Part shown: positions 42,291 through 52,440 of the stretch, one piece after another
How positions within the stretch are numbered: position 1 is the first letter of the stretch
Layout: each line of letters opens with the position of its first letter
NCBI RefSeq assembly: GCF_026000115.1
Contig: NZ_AP026867.1
Span: forward strand, 2,649,716-2,713,715
Direction: 5' to 3'
Length of the DNA stretch: 64,000 nt
Origin: Aureispira anguillae
GTDB lineage: Bacteria; Bacteroidota; Bacteroidia; Chitinophagales; Saprospiraceae
The notes under the pieces: generated by a model
Told to the model about the DNA's origin: nothing
The model's input: the letters and a program-made list of their open reading frames with translations, nothing else
Databases searched by the model: none
Program-made: the position numbers and the translations under genes

Positions 42291-43526
42291 TTAATCCATT
42301 GTCTGAGCCAGCTTATTCCCTCCAATAAATAGCACTCCGCTTAAAAACAAGGTCGTCACAAAACAAAGAAAAATAACTAGAGGACTAATTTCTAGCGTTA
42401 TAACCTCCATGATTCCATATGCCAATGCGGGGAAGGTTAGATAAAAACCTAATATTGAAGAGGCGTATTTTGAATTGCTCATTCTTGTAATAAATGACAT
42501 TACCAAAGGTGCAAAAATAGACGTCAATGCAGTAAACATTATATATTCAATAATCCACAGTAAGACATAGTTATTGTCAAGGAAAATTGCTGTGAATATT
42601 GCTAAAATAGTAAACGCAAACAACAAATAAAATCCTGCGATTTGATGCCATGTATTTGAAGTCTCAGTCCTATATCTAGCAAAAACAAATAACAGAACCA
42701 ATGCTACAATATATCCGAAACCATTTCCCTTAAGTACTTCGTATAAATTCAAACCATTAATTTTAAATAAAGCATCCATTTTTATTCCTGCGAGCTCCAT
42801 AATAAATGTAAAAATAAAAAGCCCCACCATTAATAGTGCTAGTTGGAGCTTGGGCGTTGGGACTAAATCTATATATTGTTCATTCTCTTTCTCCAACTCT
42901 AAAATTGAATCATTTAAACCTTTAGGTTCGTTCTTTTGAGGAAAATAACGCTCGGAAAATGATAACTTATTCTGAATCATTAAAAACAAAATACCACTTC
43001 CCAATGTTGCAAGAACAAAAAGATCAAAACCTCTAAAAAATAGATTGGTATCAAAATAAGACATTGGAATAAAAGATAAAAATCCGCCGATTTCTATAAA
43101 AATGAATAACACCATAAAACCTATATCACGTTTCTTGTCACTCCTCTTAAACAACCAACTTAACAAGATGTACAAATTAACTCTAACCAAACCAAAACCT
43201 AATACCAACAAAGCAATGCTTAAATACACACTTTGATCCATTAATAGTACTAAAAATCCAGCTATCAACATTCCAAATCCTAAGAAAATTGCACGTTTTT
43301 GCCTCAACCAAACATCGGTTATCAGCCCCATAAAAAATGGAGCTATTCCAACTAAAACAATAAACCAATTACATAACTTATCAACAGAGGTATAATCTAA
43401 CTTCAAACCATCTTCAGATATAGCATGTATAACAAATACACCTCTAAATCCATAAAAAATCATTCTCTCTAAAAGGGCCATTAAGAACAACAAAATTAAG
43501 CTGTAAGTTATTGAAAGGTTTTTCAT
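42291..43526 (-). CDS. Polytopic membrane transporter (MFS/POT-like)
   Basis: 411 aa with 10-12 predicted TM helices. The N-terminal half has MFS-like hairpins. No certain family assignment. Confidence 0.45.
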   Translation of the reverse strand: MKNLSITYSLILLFLMALLERMIFYGFRGVFVIHAISEDGLKLDYTSVDKLCNWFIVLVGIAPFFMGLITDVWLRQKRAIFLGFGMLIAGFLVLLMDQSVYLSIALLVLGFGLVRVNLYILLSWLFKRSDKKRDIGFMVLFIFIEIGGFLSFIPMSYFDTNLFFRGFDLFVLATLGSGILFLMIQNKLSFSERYFPQKNEPKGLNDSILELEKENEQYIDLVPTPKLQLALLMVGLFIFTFIMELAGIKMDALFKINGLNLYEVLKGNGFGYIVALVLLFVFARYRTETSNTWHQIAGFYLLFAFTILAIFTAIFLDNNYVLLWIIEYIMFTALTSIFAPLVMSFITRMSNSKYASSILGFYLTFPALAYGIMEVITLEISPLVIFLCFVTTLFLSGVLFIGGNKLAQTMD

Positions 43527-43764
43527 CTTGAAATGTAGATATGGAATGAGTACATTATTTATCTTAGCTTAACGCTAGTACCCAATCAATCCTATTTTGT
43601 AAAAAAAAGTTCAAAATAGAAGATAATAAACTCCTTACCCCTTCCCTATATCTTTTTCGCTCTTACTTGCTTTATTTACAAATAATAAAGATATATTGTT
43701 AGTGTATACGAAACTAACCGTTACAACGCACCTATTTAAAGCTTAATTTCTTATAAATCAACCC

Positions 43765-44163
43765 ATGAAAAACCGACACCCTTTACTACTAATTTTATCT
43801 TTACTGACCGCTTTTCCCACACTAAGCTTTGCTCAACACGGTTCTGGAGGAGCTGGTGCAATGGGAGTATTTGTCATCGTGATCATTGTTTGGTTGGCTA
43901 TTGTAGCTATTCTATCGCTTATTGTTCTTATTCTTAACGTAAGAGCTTACCACAACAAAACAGGCACTAAAACTAGAATAGCAGGAATCGTACTCTCTGT
44001 CATATTATTTGCACTCTTTCTTTTAGCGGTAGTAAGTGATTTTGTACCTGCCATACTCGGATTAATTTTATCTATTGGTTCTATTCTTCATTTGTCATAC
44101 AAAGAACGCATTGTGTATAAAAATGAGCACGATAACATCCTAGACGATGCAAACGATTATTAA
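43765..44163 (+). CDS. Small membrane protein with signal peptide
   Basis: 132 aa with a signal peptide (LSFAQ) and three TM helices. Confidence 0.4.
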   Translation: MKNRHPLLLILSLLTAFPTLSFAQHGSGGAGAMGVFVIVIIVWLAIVAILSLIVLILNVRAYHNKTGTKTRIAGIVLSVILFALFLLAVVSDFVPAILGLILSIGSILHLSYKERIVYKNEHDNILDDANDY

Positions 44164-44312
44164 TTAACGCCCTTCTTAGTTGAATCATTAAATCCCAACG
44201 AATTTCTAAATCCTTTTGGAGCATAAAGCATCCCGAATCTTAAAATCAATCTAAAATTCGGGATCGTTTATTGTTAACAGCCCAATTGATCCTAATTAGC
44301 AATTTAGGTTTA

Positions 44313-45515
44313 TTAAATCAATGCCATTTTTTTGTTAAGTACCTCAGCATAAAATGCTTCTATTTGTACGCAAAAGTTATCCATAGAAAATTTTTGCAGG
44401 GCAATAGATTGACCGTTTTTGCCAATTTTTTCCCTTTTTGCAGGATTTGTTATTAAATCGCCAATGCTATCAGACAACACTTTGATGTTTTTTGCAGGAA
44501 CAAAAATGACCTCCTCTTCATTTTCGGGAATTTCATCAAACCCAGAAACCTCATTCAAAATCACAGGGCATCCCACAACCATACTTTCAATAGCAGAAAA
44601 CCCTAGCCCCTCTTTATAACTTGGCAAAACAACTAGATCAGATGCTTTTAATAAATCAGGCATATCGTTTCGTTGAACTTCCGTAATAATGCATTCAAAA
44701 TCTATATTTTTTGTTTTTTCTCTAACCTCTAATAGATATTCATTGGAGCCTGAGTTGGTGCTTCCAGCCAAAACGCAAACTATCGTTGATTTTAATTCAG
44801 ATGGCAAGGCTTGAATGGCATTTAGCAAATCCAACTGCCCTTTCCTTGGAGAAAATCGACTGGGGCAAGTTATGACCATCTTTTCATTTGAAACATTCAT
44901 GCCTTTTCTCCCCCTTTCTCTTTCCCCACTTGAAAATAAGTCTACATCTACAGCCGCAGCAATTCCAAAAACTCCCGCTTTGCACCCATGATTTTTGGCA
45001 ATATCAATATAATATTGACTGATCTGAACTAACCCATCCAAAGGCAAATGATAGATAAATTGTGACCGAGCAATTCCAAAAGGACTATCTTCAGTAGACA
45101 TTTCACAGGTGGTAGCCACTAGTTTGGGGCGAATCGCTTCAGGCATTCCCTTTATTGCAATTGAAGCAGACAATATGGTATCATGACTCAAAGCATGAAT
45201 AATATCAACCTTATTATTGACAATCGTTTTATGAATCGCCTCTGACCTAGAAAACATAGCCCACTCCCATCCAACATAACCATCTATACTGCCAAAAGTA
45301 GTACCTAAAATCGTAATAGATCCTCCAGTTTCTTCGATTTGTTGGATTACTTTTTCCCTAGGAGCCTCTGCGGTAATTAAATGCACTTTCATGGCTAACT
45401 TAACCAAAGAAAGTGTCAATACTTCTGCAAAAGTTTCTGCTCCTCCTGTTAACGGAGGCATTGTTGGAGCAACTACACATACCGATAGTGCTTTTCCCGC
45501 TTCAAATGATTTCAT
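44313..45515 (-). CDS. Glycosyltransferase family 4 (GT-B, group 1)
   Basis: 400 aa. C-terminal domain PSRFSPRKGQLDLL...DLVVLPSYKEGLGFSAIESMVVGCPVI is the E-x7-E GT4 retaining-GT signature region. Confidence 0.8.
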   Translation of the reverse strand: MKSFEAGKALSVCVVAPTMPPLTGGAETFAEVLTLSLVKLAMKVHLITAEAPREKVIQQIEETGGSITILGTTFGSIDGYVGWEWAMFSRSEAIHKTIVNNKVDIIHALSHDTILSASIAIKGMPEAIRPKLVATTCEMSTEDSPFGIARSQFIYHLPLDGLVQISQYYIDIAKNHGCKAGVFGIAAAVDVDLFSSGERERGRKGMNVSNEKMVITCPSRFSPRKGQLDLLNAIQALPSELKSTIVCVLAGSTNSGSNEYLLEVREKTKNIDFECIITEVQRNDMPDLLKASDLVVLPSYKEGLGFSAIESMVVGCPVILNEVSGFDEIPENEEEVIFVPAKNIKVLSDSIGDLITNPAKREKIGKNGQSIALQKFSMDNFCVQIEAFYAEVLNKKMALI

Positions 45516-45525
45516 TTTTTATATT

Positions 45526-46422
45526 TTAACTACTAATTCTTCTAAAAAAATAATTTCCTTCGCATACTTGTTGCTCTGGTTGATAGCCCAAATTCTTCAT
45601 CAAAACCAAGATGTCTTGATGACTTACATTAGCCTTTTTGAGTAGTGATTCTTTTATTTCAAAGATCAAACAACGTGGTTCAAATTTTTGAATAGAATTA
45701 CTCATTCCTTTTAGAATATCAAACTCAGCTCCTTCGGCATCAATTTTTATAACATCTATCTTATTTAGACTACTCTGTTTAATCCAGTCATCAAATTTGT
45801 GCACCTCAACCTCTTGGATAATTGCACCATTGCCAAAAAAAGATCGTACCGCAGCATCGTGTACGCCCCAATTTTTATCCCCATAGAGCGATAATGTTTC
45901 CGATTGATTTCCAAGCGCAATTTTTTGAAGGCTTATTGCAAGATGATTTGCTTTGCTGTTCTCTATAATTCTTTTTTGAGAATCGTTTGTCGGTTCAAAG
46001 GCGATTACTTGCCCCCCTCCTAACGATTTCAATTTTTGGGCAGCAACCAAAGAATGTATGCCTATATGAGCCCCCACATCAATAAAAACATCGTTAGGCT
46101 GCAACTCATTTCGGATAAGCGCTAAAGTTTGAGGTTCGTATTTCCCTGTAAAATAAATGCAGCGTTGAATATTATCTCTAAGGTCTAATGTCAAGTTTAA
46201 CCCCAAACGATTTGCTTTTACGATAGGATCAACATTCCACCACTTTGGTTGTAGTGACAAGGGCAATGGTTCTGAGATAAGATTAGGATCAACCAAACGC
46301 ATACAAGCACGTTCATAGCCCTGACTCGTCATTGAATCTTGTGTTAAAATTTTGGCGACATAAGGTCTAAGATATCGGATTGGTACTAATTTCTCCGCTT
46401 TTATTAAGGTGCTCAATTTCAT
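45526..46422 (-). CDS. FkbM-family methyltransferase
   Basis: 298 aa. DVFIDVGAHIGIHSL (SAM motif I) and IDVIKIDAEGAEFDILKG are typical FkbM. Confidence 0.75.
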   Translation of the reverse strand: MKLSTLIKAEKLVPIRYLRPYVAKILTQDSMTSQGYERACMRLVDPNLISEPLPLSLQPKWWNVDPIVKANRLGLNLTLDLRDNIQRCIYFTGKYEPQTLALIRNELQPNDVFIDVGAHIGIHSLVAAQKLKSLGGGQVIAFEPTNDSQKRIIENSKANHLAISLQKIALGNQSETLSLYGDKNWGVHDAAVRSFFGNGAIIQEVEVHKFDDWIKQSSLNKIDVIKIDAEGAEFDILKGMSNSIQKFEPRCLIFEIKESLLKKANVSHQDILVLMKNLGYQPEQQVCEGNYFFRRISS

Positions 46423-46452
46423 TATTGTATCTTCCTTTTACTACCTATTGAA

Positions 46453-47649
46453 TTAAATTTTTAATGCACAACCCCTGCTTTCGAGTTTATTAACACGTCT
46501 TTTGATTTCAATAATATCACTGACAATACCACAAGTACATTTTACTTGCTCGTGCACCACTCCAAAGTCATCACTCAATACAAATCCAGGATAACTAACA
46601 GCAGTAGGGTCTGCAAAACTTAAAATCCCTAATTCTCCAGAGGCTTGAACGGTTAAATTTTGGGGATTTCTGGCTCTTGCATAAAGCCAAGGCGGACAAT
46701 GTTTTTTGTGGTGCTTGCATTCAAAAATAACTGTATTTAGCTCGACCATATTGTAAACATCTCGCACATACTCCTCGTTGAGCAAACCAAATGCTTCGAC
46801 AATTCGTTGCGTCAACTCCTTGCGCTCAACAATATCCCCTTGCCGAGATTTCCAACCTCCCATTGTCACAATTAAACATCGGTCTAGTAAATTTAAATTT
46901 CCTGTTTTGGCAAGCTCTTTGGTTGTATCCAAAACTAAAGCAGGAGGTCCAATAATGACAATCTTTTTGCCATTCTTATCTTGATCTACCTTTCTCAAAT
47001 CACTCACCAACTGTTCTACTTTAAATTCATCATTTGAAACATAAAATTTACTAGGAAAATAAAGTGAAACGCCTGTGATTACGTACGAAATCCAAAGGTG
47101 TTTAATCTCTTCAAGCTTGGGGCTAAGACAATATAAATCCAGATTAGATTGAGGAATTTCAAAAACCTCTTGAACCCCCGCTGCAACGGAAGCAAAAAAA
47201 CGCATTAATGTAGTATTATCCCTAGGCACCTGAGATACCGTCCCTTTTGTCCCACTACTTGTCGTAAGCATAACACTATCATCCCAGTTAGACTGTACAA
47301 ATTTTAAGTCATTTTTAAATATCGCAGAAGGTAAAAGAGGAATTTTATTTAAATCGAATTCATCCTCCTCTATATTAAAATTCATTCTTTTACAGTAATC
47401 TGCATAATAAGGGTTGCTATTAATATGATGACGAATAATTGCTTTCAAAAATTCTGTTAACTTCTTCCTGCTTTTATTAAAATCTTGCAAAAAAACATCA
47501 TCTGAGGATAGAAATTCATCAATCGCTGATATACCACCAACCTTATCTTCTACTAAATTATTTGATTTTAATCCCATTATTACTATTTTTTTTATTATCA
47601 ATATAAGTGCGGTATTGTGGATATTTATCTTGAAACCAATACTGCTCAA
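46453..47649 (-). CDS. luxE: LuxE-family acyl-protein synthetase (fatty acid--protein ligase)
   Basis: Colinear with Photorhabdus/Vibrio LuxE: MLTTSSGTKGTVSQVPRD (TSSGTxG), TMGGWKS, VELNTVIFECKHHKKHCPPWLYARARNP, SYPGFVLSDDFG, RRVNKLESRGCAL. An alternative start is the ATG at 47577. Confidence 0.8.
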   Translation of the reverse strand: MSSIGFKINIHNTALILIIKKIVIMGLKSNNLVEDKVGGISAIDEFLSSDDVFLQDFNKSRKKLTEFLKAIIRHHINSNPYYADYCKRMNFNIEEDEFDLNKIPLLPSAIFKNDLKFVQSNWDDSVMLTTSSGTKGTVSQVPRDNTTLMRFFASVAAGVQEVFEIPQSNLDLYCLSPKLEEIKHLWISYVITGVSLYFPSKFYVSNDEFKVEQLVSDLRKVDQDKNGKKIVIIGPPALVLDTTKELAKTGNLNLLDRCLIVTMGGWKSRQGDIVERKELTQRIVEAFGLLNEEYVRDVYNMVELNTVIFECKHHKKHCPPWLYARARNPQNLTVQASGELGILSFADPTAVSYPGFVLSDDFGVVHEQVKCTCGIVSDIIEIKRRVNKLESRGCALKI

Positions 47650-49057
47650 GATTCGGTCTTAAAGAGTAATACCTGCCCATATCCGACCATGGTCTTTCAA
47701 TGCTTACGAGCCTTACCATTGGATGCATTCCGTGCATTCCATCGTGCGTAAAACCTGATCGAAAAATACGAGACCACCCCAGTTCAACTAATCGACAAAT
47801 CCCATTTGACGCCCATTCATCTCGATAATCTTTTATAATCGACCACGGGTAAACACTTAAGGTCTGATTGTCTCTATTAAAATGTTTTGAAATAGCACTC
47901 AAATCATCTACAGGATGTATAAATATAGTTCTGGTCAGAGGATGATTAATTTCGTTTGCTTCTTCTTCATCCATTACCACAATTGCCCAGTCGTCTCCGT
48001 TTTCGACATTTAACCCTACATAATTTGCTTCCAAAAGAGAAATAGAACGGTTAGCTAAGACATCAATGTTTTTATTTAAAAAGGGGACATTTTTGGAAAA
48101 AACTTTAAAGTATTTTTTTAGTTCTACCAAAAAAGCATCTAAATCACCTTTTACATAGGCTCTTTGTGTATTAAAACAGGCTTCTTGATCGTAATACGAA
48201 CAATCTTCAATCAATCTAAAAGCAGCCTTTTCCATATCACATTGATTCAAGTCTATCGCACTAGCACTCCATCTTGGTCCATATTCTGCAAAAGGTACAT
48301 TTGCTGGTACCTTTTTCTTTATAGCTTCTACGGCACTTTTTCCTCCCCATACACAAACAGAGTCCGAGGCATTAATAAATGCGGTTCCTATCTCATCATT
48401 TTGATGCCAATACCCAAGGGATAAAGATCTTGTTATTGGATGATCTGGGTCTGCTTCAATAAAACATTGAACAAAACCTATTGGTGTTACAGGATCACGG
48501 CTGGGAAGTTTTGCAAAATTTCTGTTTTTTGTCATGATCCCCCGCAAAAGGCTGTAGATAGATGCCAATGGGAGATTTCCTACAAGATAATGCAAGGCTA
48601 AGCCCCTTGGGAAAGCACGCACGTATGACATCTGGGTAGGAATCCATTCGTCAAAAATCCTTTCATTACCAAACTCAGATTCAATTTGGTCATACATATG
48701 GAAACGTTGCATCATAAAATCCCCAATTGTCTTATAATCTCCCTCTATCACAATATCAGAATACTGTGTAAGTAGCGGAGCATAAGTTTCTGCCATTTTC
48801 CTTCCTTGCAAGGCAGATTGATCCCAAAGGTTTCCTACTTTATTTAGAAAAATAGCAATGTCAGAAGTTGTTAATTCTTGTAACTCTTTCGCTATTTTTT
48901 TTCCTTCTTCCAATACCAACTCTAAATCTTTAGCTGTAATTTTTGGCATTCTTATCTCTATCCCACTATCGTACCTAAACGTTACCCGCTCCTCATCCTC
49001 AGAAGAGAGGTAATATTGTTTACCATTAATTATTTTAGGCAAATCGATTGATTTCAT
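47558..49057 (-). CDS. luxC: LuxC-family acyl-CoA/acyl-protein reductase (fatty aldehyde-forming)
   Basis: 499 aa. [77 protein letters not shown] and [25 protein letters not shown] match LuxC block by block. Confidence 0.85.
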   Translation of the reverse strand: [499 protein letters not shown]

Positions 49058-49068
49058 AATTGATGTTT

Positions 49069-49623
49069 TCAGTTTTTAAAATATTTTTGAACAAAGCTTA
49101 ACAGGTCTAGACAAATATCTGTTGCATAAGCACTTTTGTCATTTTGCCTCCCTGACAGTAGGTGAATTCTTTGGGAAACACCAAAATTGATTCCTGCTTG
49201 CATGTCAGTGTCATGGTCGCCAATCATCCAACATTCAGAAGCTTTTTTATCAAAATCAATACAAGCTTGTTCCAGCATTCCTGTTTGAGGTTTACGACAA
49301 AAACAGGCATCTTCTGCCGTATGAGGGCAGTAATAAAATTTTATTTGATCGTTAGAAAGTTGAAGTGATTTTTGAATATAACAATTTGTATTTTCAACAA
49401 ATGTTTCTTCTATTAAACCACGACTGATTGGGGACTGATTTGTAACAACAGCAATCGGTATCCCCATTGAAGCAATAAATTGTAAAGCTTCTACCGAACC
49501 AGCAACAAATTCAATCTCATCAGACTTTAGAATATAAGGTTCCTTATGTTTCAAAATAACACCATCTCTATCGATCAGCAGTAGATTGGGTGGAGGGTTA
49601 TTTTTATTGAATAACGTACGCAT
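49069..49623 (-). CDS. gmhB: D-glycero-D-manno-heptose 1,7-bisphosphate phosphatase-like HAD-IIIA hydrolase
   Basis: 184 aa. LLLIDRDGVI (DxD nucleophile), AVVTNQSPISRG, CFCRKPQTGML (Zn-binding Cys-rich loop of GmhB), MIGDHDTDMQAG. Confidence 0.75.
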   Translation of the reverse strand: MRTLFNKNNPPPNLLLIDRDGVILKHKEPYILKSDEIEFVAGSVEALQFIASMGIPIAVVTNQSPISRGLIEETFVENTNCYIQKSLQLSNDQIKFYYCPHTAEDACFCRKPQTGMLEQACIDFDKKASECWMIGDHDTDMQAGINFGVSQRIHLLSGRQNDKSAYATDICLDLLSFVQKYFKN

Positions 49624-49633
49624 TGAATTATCA

Positions 49634-50164
49634 TTAATTTGAAGGATTTAATTCGTCCGATAAGCGTTTTAACACATCGGGAATATGGGATGGGAATGCA
49701 ATTTTTTCAGGCAAATGATTTATATCAAACCACTTGACCTGCCCTATTTCTATTCCATCTGGCAAAGCAAAAAAATCACCCATTGGTTCAGCGGTATAAT
49801 AGACACAAACATTCTCACCATAATCACTATGATCCGTAGGTTCCATCCAAATACCATGATACTCCTTAAGTTTGACCTTTATTCCAGTTTCTTCAAACAC
49901 CTCTCGAATAGCACAATCTTTAGGGTGTTCATTCCATTCACAATAGCCCCCTGGAATATCCCAGAAGCCATCCCATGGAGCAATCAACCGTTTCACCATT
50001 AACACTTTATTCTTATCTAGCACTAATGCTCCAGCGCAGCACCTTGGGTTTCTCCAAAATTCTGTATGACATTGAGAACACTTATAGGGCAACTCTTTGT
50101 TAGCAGGTGCTCCACAGTTTGAGCAAAAATTCATTTTATCTATTTTTTTTAGCAATAGCCTCAA
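49634..50164 (-). CDS. NUDIX hydrolase with N-terminal zinc ribbon
   Basis: CSNCG...CSQCH ribbon, then Nudix box GGYCEWNEHPKDCAIREVFEETGI. An alternative start is the ATG at 50134. Confidence 0.7.
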   Translation of the reverse strand: MRLLLKKIDKMNFCSNCGAPANKELPYKCSQCHTEFWRNPRCCAGALVLDKNKVLMVKRLIAPWDGFWDIPGGYCEWNEHPKDCAIREVFEETGIKVKLKEYHGIWMEPTDHSDYGENVCVYYTAEPMGDFFALPDGIEIGQVKWFDINHLPEKIAFPSHIPDVLKRLSDELNPSN

Positions 50165-50900
50165 TCGCTAGGTTTAATTTTGAAGAGTCATTGGGGAATC
50201 GTAAAAGGTGGACATCAGGAAGCGTTTCGAAAACAGTACTTGTTCTATCGGTTGCCTGAAAAATTTCTTCAAACCCAGCTTGCTTTAGCAAATTGGTCAG
50301 CATTGTTCGTGAAAGTAGACTTTTATGCTGTCCCCACTGATGCGAAAGGCGGTTAATAAATCTTGCTGAACGCATTCCATCATCGGGCCAGCGATGAATT
50401 TTTGAATCCTCCAAAACATCGTGATCCATTTCTGCCTGTTTTCCCATAATGATAAGTTCAGCAATGTTCTTTGCATCTGGGCAAACAATTCTAATTTTTC
50501 CTCCAGGAGCCAAAACTCGATAGCATTCTTTTAGTAAAAAACAAATATCATCATAGTAAAAATGCTCGATGATATGCTCAGCAAGAATCGCATCAACACT
50601 ATTGTCTTTGAGGGGCAGTTTTAAAAGTAAATTTACAGGATATACATTCTTACCCAATCGGTGGGTATCAAAACCAATCCATCCATCTGCAACCGTAGTT
50701 CCCGAACCAAGGGCAATATTAACTTGGTCTAAAGACGCTAAATGTTTTTCTAATTTTCGTACTTTTATTTGATTCTTAAACAACCGATATAGTTGTTTCG
50801 GAAAGGACAAAAATTCTTTTACTAGATCTTTTTTCGTTAGTGGCACAAATCCCCAATCATCCTTTTCATCAACTCTCCAATTTGGTTCTCTAGTTACCAT
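50136..50900 (-). CDS. Class I SAM-dependent methyltransferase
   Basis: 254 aa. IALGSGTTVADGWIGFD (motif I-like) and RVLAPGGKIRIVCPD (motif post-II). Confidence 0.65.
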   Translation of the reverse strand: MVTREPNWRVDEKDDWGFVPLTKKDLVKEFLSFPKQLYRLFKNQIKVRKLEKHLASLDQVNIALGSGTTVADGWIGFDTHRLGKNVYPVNLLLKLPLKDNSVDAILAEHIIEHFYYDDICFLLKECYRVLAPGGKIRIVCPDAKNIAELIIMGKQAEMDHDVLEDSKIHRWPDDGMRSARFINRLSHQWGQHKSLLSRTMLTNLLKQAGFEEIFQATDRTSTVFETLPDVHLLRFPNDSSKLNLAIEAIAKKNR

Positions 50901-51637
50901 AAATCTGCTTTTCTATGTGGCATTAAATCGATTAGCTTATCCAATGAGTCTACAGAAAACGTAGGCATTGGGATGGAGTTTAATGCCAAATTATTGTTCC
51001 CAATATAAACCGTTTTGTACCCTCTATTAATGGCAGGTAACATATCAGCCTCATAACTATTTCCAACAAATAGGACAAAGTCTTTAGGTGTTAAATTGAT
51101 TGTTTCCTCCAATTGCTTAAATACATTAGATGAAGGTTTTCGCCAGCCACATTCACTAGATAAAATGATCTCATCAAAATAGCCTCCTAATTGATGGGTC
51201 TCAAAGACTTTATTTAATAAAGACTTAGGGATTGCTGTATTTGAAAGGGCTATAATTTCTCCTCCACTCTCCTTTAAATCTTTTAGCAATTCTCTTGCTC
51301 CCTCCAAAGGAGTCAAATAAGTAGTTTCGGCTCCTCCAAAAAGCTGCCAAGCTACTTCTTCCAATATTTCTAACGAAATATTGAGTTTAAAATGATCGAG
51401 TGTATTTTGCAGTATCGTACTAGCAGGGATTTGGTCATCTGACAATCGAAAGTTTTCTTTCATCAATTGATCAATGCCATAATACAGCAATTGGGTCAAT
51501 GATTTTTCATCCATCCCCGTTTTTTCAATGAGCGCTTTGGGCAGTGCTTTTAATTCGGGCATTGCTTCATCAACTAACGTTCCTCCCAAATCAAAAACCA
51601 CGATATAGCGCCCTTCTGTGAAATTGTATTTATTCAT
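50894..51637 (-). CDS. HAD-IA family hydrolase/phosphatase
   Basis: 247 aa. VVFDLGGTLVDE (DxG motif I), ALSNT (motif II), VGNSYEADM (motif IV region). Confidence 0.7.
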   Translation of the reverse strand: MNKYNFTEGRYIVVFDLGGTLVDEAMPELKALPKALIEKTGMDEKSLTQLLYYGIDQLMKENFRLSDDQIPASTILQNTLDHFKLNISLEILEEVAWQLFGGAETTYLTPLEGARELLKDLKESGGEIIALSNTAIPKSLLNKVFETHQLGGYFDEIILSSECGWRKPSSNVFKQLEETINLTPKDFVLFVGNSYEADMLPAINRGYKTVYIGNNNLALNSIPMPTFSVDSLDKLIDLMPHRKADLW

Positions 51638-51651
51638 TGTTTATGTTTATT

Positions 51652-52440
51652 TTACCTTTGAAAGCCTCCTTCACTTGCTATGGTCTGACCAGTTATCCAC
51701 CGTGCATAATCACTATGTAAAAAATGCACCAATCGAGCAGCATCTTTGGGCATTCCCCATCTTCCAGAGGGGAACATATCTGCAACTTGATCGTATAGCT
51801 CACCAGTAAGATAACCAGTGTCCGTAGGACCTGGATTTACGCAGTTAACCCGAATGTTATGTGGTGCAAGTGCTGTAGCTACTTGCTGACACATTCCCCG
51901 AATGGCTTCTTTTGAAAGTGCATATGCAATTTCATCAATCATAGGTCCCAAGTATTGACCACTAGTAAATAAAGTGATTGCCCCTCCCTTTTCCTTATCT
52001 ATTTGTTGGGCAAACGCTTGAATCATAAGCATCGAAGCCCTTACATTAATAGAAAAATGATTGTCAATATGTTCTGATGTCCATTCAAAGATTGGAGCAT
52101 GAACAGAATAAGCATGATTTAGGATCAAACCATCTAAGCTACCTGTTACTTTAGTGGCAGCTTTTATGATTTTTTCTGGTTCATCTGATTTGGATAAATC
52201 AGACGGTGGCAATGCTGTTACTTGATAACCTTTAGCCCTAAGTTCCTTTTCCAAGGAAAATACAAAATCGGTCGTTGCATCTGGATAAGCTCGATCCTTA
52301 TCGTAATTGGAATTTCCATGAATAATAACATGACCTTTTGCTTTTGCACAAAGCTCTGTTATCGCCGTTCCGATGCCTAATGATCTACTAACCCCAGTTA
52401 CTAGTAAGGTTTGATTTTCTAAAGATAAATTACTTTCCAT
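51652..52440 (-). CDS. Short-chain dehydrogenase/reductase (classical SDR)
   Basis: 262 aa. LVTGVSRSLGIGTAI (TGxxxGxG) and a YxxxK-region in the mid-protein. Rossmann fold. Confidence 0.7.
   Translation of the reverse strand: MESNLSLENQTLLVTGVSRSLGIGTAITELCAKAKGHVIIHGNSNYDKDRAYPDATTDFVFSLEKELRAKGYQVTALPPSDLSKSDEPEKIIKAATKVTGSLDGLILNHAYSVHAPIFEWTSEHIDNHFSINVRASMLMIQAFAQQIDKEKGGAITLFTSGQYLGPMIDEIAYALSKEAIRGMCQQVATALAPHNIRVNCVNPGPTDTGYLTGELYDQVADMFPSGRWGMPKDAARLVHFLHSDYARWITGQTIASEGGFQR

Noticed and set aside
44271-44456. 61-aa plus-strand ORF overlapping the 3' end of the GT4 gene
   Set aside because: It overlaps a strongly supported CDS on the opposite strand and has no features.
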